From NCBI RefSeq assembly GCF_000143415.4, contig NW_003314704.1, positions 1 to 6,138 on the forward strand: 6,138 nt of DNA, written 5' to 3'. This document shows, one piece after another, positions 1 to 6,138 of the stretch. This DNA is from Selaginella moellendorffii (lineage: Eukaryota; Plantae; Lycopodiophyta). The notes below the pieces were generated by a model, which was given only the letters and a program-made list of their open reading frames with translations, made no database searches and was not told the DNA's origin. Position numbers and translations under genes: made by a program. Numbering within the stretch: position 1 is the stretch's first letter; each line of letters starts with the position of its first letter.

Positions 1-125
1 ATCGCCAGAGCACAGCAACAGACAACAACGGTGGTCATGCACAAGCTCCCACAAGCTCGGAGGTCCACCACGCGCTCCTAGCCGCGGCCGCCGCCAGCGC
101 CACCGCGCCGCCCCGCTCCTCGGAG

Positions 126-1794
126 ATGCTCAATCTCCCCCGAGACTTCCTGTCCCTCCGCCCGCAAGAGCCGCCACCCCTCTCACACTCGCGGCTTGTT
201 CCAAAGTTCGAGACCAAAGACGCGCCTTTGATCACGGTACAAATGGCGTCTCCTCCCCACAACTACAAATGCACCTCGATCACCACCACCACTAGCACGA
301 CTAGCACTGCCACTCCAGTCTTCTCGGCCGGTTACCCGCGAGCTCTAGCTTCTCACGAGGAGGTCTTGCGAGACAAGGAGCTCTTCCTCGACACGCTCCG
401 GAGGCTCCACGGGAGCATGGGATTCAAGTCATTGACGTACGTAAGTAGACACTATGGTTGTCTCTCCCGCTCTCTTTTTGGTTTCTCTTTGGTTTCTCGA
501 TCGATCGATCGAACTCCTTTGACCGTTTGATGGATGGATGGGAACTTTTTCTTCAGCATACCAACAATTGGAGGAACTCAGCTGGATTTGCACCTCTTGT
601 ACAGGGAAGTCACGGCCCGCGGAGGATTACACCAGGTTGGTGGAGCGAAATTCTTGTTTCTTTGGCACAGGCACTCACTTCGCTCGTTGCTCGCAGGTGA
701 TCAAGGATAGGATCTGGAAGGAAATAAAAGCGGTGTTCCATTTCCCACCGACGACCACCAATGCGTCGTATGTTCTTCGGAAGTATTACTCGAGCCTTCT
801 CCACCACTACGAGCAGGTCTACTTCTTCCGGAATCAGGGAGCTGTCGTATCTGCGCCCGGTTAGCTTTCTCTATCCGGAATTCATTCATTCCTTTTGCCT
901 CGTTTTCTTCTTTTCTTTTCCTTCCTTTGACTGACTTGGAGTCAGGTCTTGTCTCTCCAGGCGATGCAGATGCTGCTGCTGATCCAGGTAGAAGAAAGGC
1001 AAAACAAAAACTTTACTCACAATACTTTGGTTGCTCTAAACAAAGTTATCTTTTTTTGTTCCTCGCAGGGAATGCCACCACGAACTGTATCGGTCAGACC
1101 GTGACAGGATCAATCGTTGGCAAGTTCGAGCATGGCTACCTCGTCAGTGTCACCGTCGGCAGCGAGGCGCTCAAAGGCGTCCTGTACAACGTCCCACCCG
1201 GCGAGTACGTGCCACAGTTCACGACCACGTCCAAGCTCCCGACTTCCAACGGAGCTCAGCTGTCCGAGTGCGTGAATGCTGATGGAGAGCTCCGGCGCAA
1301 GAGGAGGAGGAGGCTGGGATTGAGAAAAAAGGATCCCAACGCTCCAAAGCTCAACCGGAGTGCCTACAACTTCTTCTTTGCGGAGCAGAGAGCACGGATA
1401 AGGCTGTTGCAGCCCAACCGGGAGATCAGCAGGATGATTGGAGATTCGTGGAGCAAACTAACTGACGAGCAGCGACTGGTAACAGCACAAAGTTCTCTTC
1501 TCTCTCGTTTTTTTTCTTGGTTTTCACATCAGTGACACCCTCTGGCAGCCTTACAAAGAGCGTGGACTCGTGGACAAGGAGCGGTATCGGAAAGAGATAA
1601 AGCAGTACCGGGAGAAGATGCGGGGATTGAAGGACGTGGACCTGGAAGGCACGACTGAAGAAGCTCACGAGGAGGAGGACGTAAGCGATGATCCAGAGCA
1701 GGAGGTGGAGACGGAAGACAATGGCGTTCCGGCTGACGAAGAGCAGCGTGAGACTCTCGAGTTTAAGTCCATCCTCTCGGCTCAGGCCTCCTAA
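126..1794 (+). CDS. ARID-HMG DNA-binding protein (high mobility group B protein 9/10/11/15 family), 6 exons, ~411 aa from Met126; 5' end uncertain
   Basis: Exons 126-436, 557-635, 697-859, 961-987 (or 946-987), 1069-1478 and 1549-1794 join in frame (1236 nt) through GT-AG introns 437-556, 636-696, 860-960, 988-1068 and 1479-1548. ARID domain: YPRALASHEEVLRDKELFLDTLRRLHGSMGFKSLT/IPTIGGTQLDLHLLYREVTARGGLHQ/VIKDRIWKEIKAVFHFPPTTTNASYVLRKYYSSLLHHYEQVYFFR. Family central motif VTGSIVGKFEHGYLVSVTVGSEALKGVLY, basic NLS-like RRKRRRR, HMG box KDPNAPKLNRSAYNFFFAEQRARIR...IGDSWSKLTDEQRL/PYKERGLVDKERYRKEIKQY, then an acidic tail. The frame is open from position 3, so the start could be upstream of the window, at 126, or at ATG 243 (aaATGGCG, good plant context). 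Confidence 0.92.
477..512. repeat. Short repeats in ARID-HMG intron 1: (TTTGGTTTCTC)x2 overlapping a palindromic (TCGA)x4
   Basis: 477-487 equals 488-498; TCGATCGATCGATCGA at 497-512; a (GATG)n run follows at ~529-540. Confidence 0.85.
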
Positions 1795-1806
1795 CTCTTT
1801 AGCTCG

Positions 1807-1822
1807 TCACTCACTCACTCAC
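1807..1822. repeat. (TCAC)4 microsatellite in the ARID-HMG 3' UTR
   Basis: TCACTCACTCACTCAC starts 13 nt after the TAA stop. Confidence 0.8.
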
Positions 1823-2245
1823 CTCTTTAGTGTTGATGATCATGTACATTGCCTCACATCTCTCACAATTGTTGTCTAACATGGATAGATCGATTCGCAG
1901 CTCCTTTTTTCTACTTGCAGCGTAGAAAATCTTAATCTTTGGTGTATGCCATGATCGTAAATCCAGAAGATCCGCCAGGAAGATGATCGGAAAAGAGGGG
2001 CGACGGGGACAAATTGTTTTCTTCTTATTTCTGTGTCTAAAAGCAGTGTTTTCTGGCAAGCCAGAACGATATCCGATGGTTTCCAAGCTTTACAGAGAAA
2101 CAAACCATCCAACCCAGCAGATTTCTAGTCTCCATCTCATCAACCTTATCACCAAACTGAATCAAGTCTTGTTAGAGACGAACAAAACAAATCCATGGCT
2201 GGTGTGGGGAGCTGTTTTCCTGCAACACGGCACTGCCATCTTCGA

Positions 2246-2278
2246 GGGACCACGCCAATAATATCTCGGACTTTAAAT
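2246..2278 (+). promoter_or_regulatory. Putative FAO core promoter elements: TCP-type site GGGACCAC, CCAAT and TATA-like TTTAAAT
   Basis: GGGACCAC at 2246-2253, CCAAT at 2255-2259 and TTTAAAT at 2272-2278, about 60-95 nt upstream of ATG 2340. Motif matches only. Confidence 0.3.
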
Positions 2279-2339
2279 TGTTTGAAGCTCGATCGCAATG
2301 TAGCTATAGTTGTGTTTGTATCAAGTCGAGTGAGGAAGC

Positions 2340-4701
2340 ATGGCGCCCCCAGCTGCGAGCCTCGATGGTCTGCCAACTTCCACGCTTGCTCATCCCTTGC
2401 TCCAAGGAGGCCGCCCTCCTTATCCCCACAAGTTCTCCGCGGCGCAACTGGAAGCACTCGAGGCCCTGTGCTCTACATTCGTTCCGCAGGTTTCGTCCCC
2501 CGATGGCAGCCACAGAGAGTTTTACGAGCTCTCTGGGGAGGCAGACGCAGAGATGGTGAGCAGGCCGAGCTAGAAAAGCAAAAAAGATGGCTTTGCTTGC
2601 GTTTGTTTGTAGGTGGCGGGGAGGATGACACAGTTTATCCATCCCAAGCTTTTGAGGAGAGCCGAGGAGGTGCTGGGCATGCTCTCCACGCCCAAGTCCA
2701 CTCCGCAGTACCCCTACGACAAGAAGTTCAGTGAGGTGCCGCTCGAGGAGCGAGAGAAACTTATGTACCAGTGGGCCAACAGCGACGACGACGATTCCCG
2801 TCTCAACTTCAAGATCTTCAAGACGTTCATCCTCAACACCTTCTATAGCAAGGTGCCGTGGTTTAGAAAGACGCTCTCTATATCAAGACATTGTACCTCT
2901 TGGCTTGCAGGTGGATGCTTCGGGCTACAACCCGACCTGGGAAGCCATCGGCTACGCGGGACCGGATCCAAACTCCATGAAAGCAACGTTGCCTCCAAAG
3001 CCGTCAGCTCTCAAGTCCGCCGTCTTCGACGTCAGAGAGCACCCCGACCTGCGAGCAGTCCTCAAGCACACGGGTTACACTCTACTGGATGACATATCTC
3101 ACCTCAAGCCGGCGCTGCTGCCTTCCAACAAGCTTGAGGACGGAGAGGACGTGATTGGCATCAAATGCGACGTGATCATTGTTGGAGCTGGCAGCGGAGG
3201 AAGCGTTCCAGCTCAGGTCCTGTCCACTGCCGGCCTCAAAGTTTTGCTGCTGGAGAAAGGCCGCTACTTTGCGAGAGAAGATCTGTCCCTGCTCGAGCAA
3301 CCGACTTTCAGCGAGCTCTACGAAGAAGGCGGATTTCTGGCAACTGACGACTTTGCTTACTCGCTCATGTCCGCTGCGGTGGTGGGAGGCGGAACTTGCA
3401 TCAACTGGGCGGCATCCTTCCAGACTCCGCCTCACGTCCGCCAGGAATGGGCTGAGGAGTGTGGACTTCCCATGTTTACCAGCGAAAAGTACCAGCAAGC
3501 TCTGGATCTCATCTGCAAGAAGATCGGTGTTCAGCCTAATGCAACAGTGGAAAGCTTCCAGAATGCAGTCCTGCGCAAGGGATGCGTTGAGCTTGGCCTC
3601 CACAGCGCAAACATACCGAGAAACGCGAGCCCAGAACACTACTGCGGCTGCTGTAACATGGGATGCCGACGGGGTATGAAGCAAGCGACCACCGAGACTT
3701 GGCTGGTGGAAGCAGCGGCAGCAGGAGCGACCATCCTCACGGGAACCAAAGGCTTGCAAGTGCTATTCACGGACGGGACCAAGAAGGAGAAGAAAGCCAT
3801 CGGTGTGTTGGCCACCACCTTGGGTGACCAGCCAAAGAAGTTGATCATCGAGGCCAAAGCGACCATCGTGTCCACCGGCTCTATCATGACACCACCGCTG
3901 CTCATCAGAAGTGGACTCACGAATCCAAACATTGGGAAACACTTCCACATCCATCCGGTGCTGGGAGTGTGGGGATACTTCCCGGAGGAGGAGAAGAACC
4001 CGGGAGCTAGCTTCGAAGGAGGGATCATGACGGCCTTTAGCGCGGTGAGCGCACGCTGGGACACAGTCGGCTATGGTCCGGTGCTCATGACACCGAGCTT
4101 CCACCCCGGACAGTACGCTTCGGTGGTAACTTGGAAATCTGGAGCTCAGCACAAGGAGGCAATGCGGAGGTTCAGACGAGTCTCTCAGGTGGTGCTCTTC
4201 ACTCGTGACAAAGGAGCTGGGAGTATCGGAGTGGACAAGAAGACGGACGAGATCACGATCGAGTATACTCTAGATCCATACGACGAGGAGGTTTGCCTGG
4301 AGGGAGCGGAGAAAGGACTTCGCGTGCTCAAGGCAGCGGGGGCAGTGGAAGTCGGGACGCACCACCACGACGCTGAAAGCTTCACGTTTGGCAAGTCGAC
4401 AAGCTGGAAAGAAGAGAAGAAGCGGTTCGAGGAGTACCTTGCGAGCGTGAGAAGCAAAGGGCTCAAGCCCAACCGGCTGCCAATGGTATCGTATCACTTG
4501 CTGGGATCGTGCCGGATGGGATCCAGCCCCGAGAACTCGGTGATTGATGCCAAAGGCGAGACTTGGGATGCTGAAGGCCTCTTCCTCACGGACGCCAGCG
4601 TCTTTCCCACACCCACGGGTCTCAACCCCATGGTCACTATCCAGTCCATCGCCTACTGCACTGCACAGAACATTGTGGAGCATGTCAAGTCGTCCAAGTG
4701 A
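2340..4701 (+). CDS. FAO: Long-chain fatty alcohol oxidase (plant FAO family, GMC oxidoreductase), 3 exons, 748 aa
   Basis: Exons 2340-2555, 2613-2852 and 2911-4701 (2247 nt) joined by phase-0 introns 2556-2612 (GTGAGC...TTGTAG, 57 nt) and 2853-2910 (GTGCCG...TTGCAG, 58 nt). Plant-FAO N-terminal motifs HPLLQGG, FSAAQLEALEALCSTFVP, KFSEVPLEEREK and NPTWEAIGY. FAD-binding CDVIIVGAGSGG (GxGxxG at 3184-3201), LLLEKG, VVGGGTCINWAASFQTP, IPRNASPEHYCGCCNMGC, TPPLLIRSGLTNPNIGKHFHIHPV, and C-terminal GMC catalytic region H(4495)LLGSCRMG...DASVFPTPTGLN(4624)PMVTIQS. Confidence 0.95.
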
Positions 4702-4720
4702 AAGAGCAGAGCTCTAAGCT

Positions 4721-5164
4721 CTAAGCAAAATCATACCAGAGTTTGTATTGTTTGTGAAGTACTGTGATGGAATAAGAACAGCGACGTATGGCCAGCTCAC
4801 CTGTTTTACGAGAGGAGAAAGAAGATTTAGATTCTTCGTCCCAGCAAAGAGACAAACAGCTGCCAAGGAAAGATCAGCCACAAAACTGGCTTTGTCAATA
4901 TTGCTCTAGAGACAAACAACTCCACCAAGAGAAAAAGAAATGCGTCCTAGTTGGATAGAGATGTCAGAGACTTACTTGGATAAGGCATCAGGACTGCAGC
5001 ATCGTCCACAAAGCCAGTCTTTTGAGGACAAAAGAAGTATTGCCCCACACTGGAAAACCAAGAAGGAACCCGGCAGATCCCTGCTGGAAGGACAGGGACA
5101 TCGAGAGAAAATGTGAGGTAGCCGGAGGTCGCTTTCCATCCAACCTAATAAAATCCCAAGAACC
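4721..5164 (-). other. Candidate unannotated spliced minus-strand transcript (lncRNA or small Cys-rich ORF)
   Basis: Ordered minus-strand splice signals: branch CTAAT (5183-5179), acceptors TTTTTAG (ends 5165) or TTTTATTAG (ends 5145), donor CAA|GTAAGT (4975), branch CTGAT plus TTTCCTTGGCAG acceptor (ends 4860), donor CAG|GTGAGC (4800). No recognised homology. Confidence 0.3.
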
Positions 5165-5610
5165 CTAAAAAGCAGCAAATTAGTGTAGGCTTTACAATAA
5201 GTAAATTAGGCTTTACAATAAGTAAATAATTTTAACTCGTCTTGAGCATATACACACACTTTTTCTCCAACAATGGCAGAAAGAAATTTATATATACTTG
5301 AGCTAGAAAGTAATCAAAAAGTCAACACAAAAAGAAGTATAAAATTTGAGCTAAGTCTGGATTAGGGTTCTTGCAACATTGGGAGTTCACAACCCTAACA
5401 GCTAAGAAATTCCCTAGGGGTAAATATCAGATTTTCAATCATGTGGAAAATGGGGCAAAATGTTTCTAGACAGCCCCATAGCTAACTGTTTATGAGTAAA
5501 GATCCCTGGGCCGTGGATTCCTTTAGCACATTTTCCCTCCTGGAAATTATAATGTTCCTTCAAATCTTTTTGAGTATGGTTCCACCCTAAAAGCAAGGAG
5601 TTTAGGGTTC
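5161..5610. promoter_or_regulatory. Putative rps10 promoter/5' region with telo-box-like elements and a site II motif
   Basis: AACCCTAA at 5161-5168 and 5391-5398; its reverse complement TTAGGGTT at 5362-5369 and 5602-5609; ACCCTAAA at 5584-5591; site II TGGGCC at 5507-5512; TATATATA near 5289-5296. Telo-box plus site II is the established module of plant ribosomal-protein promoters. These copies differ from canonical AAACCCTA at the first base. Confidence 0.55.
5186..5227. repeat. Perfect 21-bp tandem duplication (TAGGCTTTACAATAAGTAAAT x2)
   Basis: 5186-5206 is identical to 5207-5227. Confidence 0.95.
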
Positions 5611-5611
5611 T

Positions 5612-6138
5612 ATGGCGATGAGGAGCGGCTGCTCGGCCAGGATAAGGTGGGTGATGCCGCATTTCACTCCCTCGAGCTTCTGTAGCAGCAGCGCATCGTC
5701 ATCGTCCGGAGAAATCGCCGCAAGCAGCAGCACGGAGATCGCAAGCGAAGGAGAAACCGGGATTACTCCAAAGGCAAGAAGGAGGAGAAGGAGGTCCAAA
5801 TCCAAGGCCGACGACAGCTGCGCTGCCAAGCTCACCATCAACATCAAGACCGCGATGCGTGAGTTTCGGCTGGGAGACATCCCCAACGCCAAGGTGTGTG
5901 GGCTGCCCACGGAGAGGTCGCTCTTCACCGTCATCCAGGGGCCTCATATCGACAAGAAATCGCGCGAGCAGTTTGATATCCAGACGCGGAAGTGGCGCGT
6001 CACCATCGATACGGAGACGAGTAAGTTACGAGAGAAGCTCGAGTTTCTCAAAGAGCACAGGATTCCTGGAGTGGAGATCAAGGCCCGGTTCCAGTACAAG
6101 CCGAGGATGGCTTGGCCGCTCAAGCCTACCCGGCTGTC
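5612..6138 (+). CDS. rps10: Nuclear-encoded mitochondrial ribosomal protein S10 (uS10m) with N-terminal targeting extension; 3'-partial
   Basis: ATG at 5612 follows an in-frame TAG (5603-5605); 175 codons are open to the window end. After a ~70-aa Ser/Arg-rich extension it reads [95 protein letters not shown]. This is colinear with plant mitochondrial S10 as I recall it ([25 protein letters not shown]...HELRKKFFRLK), including the [11 protein letters not shown] signature. Confidence 0.9.
   Translation, partial: MAMRSGCSARIRWVMPHFTPSSFCSSSASSSSGEIAASSSTEIASEGETGITPKARRRRRRSKSKADDSCAAKLTINIKTAMREFRLGDIPNAKVCGLPTERSLFTVIQGPHIDKKSREQFDIQTRKWRVTIDTETSKLREKLEFLKEHRIPGVEIKARFQYKPRMAWPLKPTRL

Noticed and set aside
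1833-2142. TGATGA box C-like motifs (plus strand ~1834, minus strand ~2137-2142) suggesting C/D snoRNAs
   Set aside because: No suitably placed CTGA box D or terminal stem found.
1811-2457. Short ORFs on both strands between ARID-HMG and FAO (78-102 aa)
   Set aside because: No family resemblance or coherent splice structure; the region is best explained as 3' UTR plus promoter.
2731-2910. N-terminus of the 656-aa ORF (MRCRSRSERN...)
   Set aside because: Off-frame reading of exon 2 and intron 2; FAO similarity in this frame starts only at the acceptor (2911).
3637-3666. HYCGCCNMGC as a cytochrome c-type heme motif
   Set aside because: It lacks the His of CxxCH seen in some yeast FAOs; plant FAOs typically have this Cys cluster without it.
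3082-4683. Long minus-strand and alternate-frame ORFs over FAO (225, 166, 141, 137, 129 and 95 aa)
   Set aside because: Shadow ORFs expected from GC-rich codon usage on the coding strand; no recognisable motifs.
5595-5600. AAGGAG, Shine-Dalgarno-like, 11 nt upstream of the rps10 ATG
   Set aside because: Eukaryotic nuclear context, and it precedes the acquired leader rather than the organellar core, so it cannot be an organellar relic; probably chance.
5161-5610. Telomere-like repeats as an interstitial telomere or CRISPR-like array
   Set aside because: Motifs are single, dispersed and in both orientations, not tandem or regularly spaced.
5435-5947. Minus-strand ORFs of 75-110 aa overlapping rps10
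   Set aside because: Antisense shadows of the rps10 coding region; the Leu run simply mirrors the Arg codons.
6021-6026. GTAAGT donor consensus inside rps10
   Set aside because: Reading through it preserves colinear S10 similarity ([13 protein letters not shown]), so an intron is not needed.

Overview
Compact, gene-dense land-plant nuclear DNA, not prokaryotic, with three + strand genes and very short GT-AG introns (57-120 nt). (1) A 6-exon ARID-HMG chromatin protein of the Arabidopsis HMGB9/10/11/15 family, ~126-1794; the true start is uncertain because the frame is open to the window edge. (2) A 3-exon, 748-aa long-chain fatty alcohol oxidase (GMC oxidoreductase), 2340-4701. (3) An intronless nuclear copy of the mitochondrial-type ribosomal protein S10 gene with an acquired N-terminal presequence, from 5612 off the right edge; the ORF track misses it because it has no stop in the window. 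The small introns, tight spacing and nuclear rps10 suggest a lycophyte such as Selaginella (inference only). The main leads are the organelle-to-nucleus rps10 transfer with a telo-box/site-II promoter, a set of minus-strand splice signals suggesting an unannotated spliced transcript divergent from rps10 and antisense to the FAO 3' end, an FAO with a remodelled active-site motif and no N-terminal hydrophobic segment, and several competing splice sites in the ARID-HMG gene. Comparisons to known proteins are from memory of the family motifs, not from searches.
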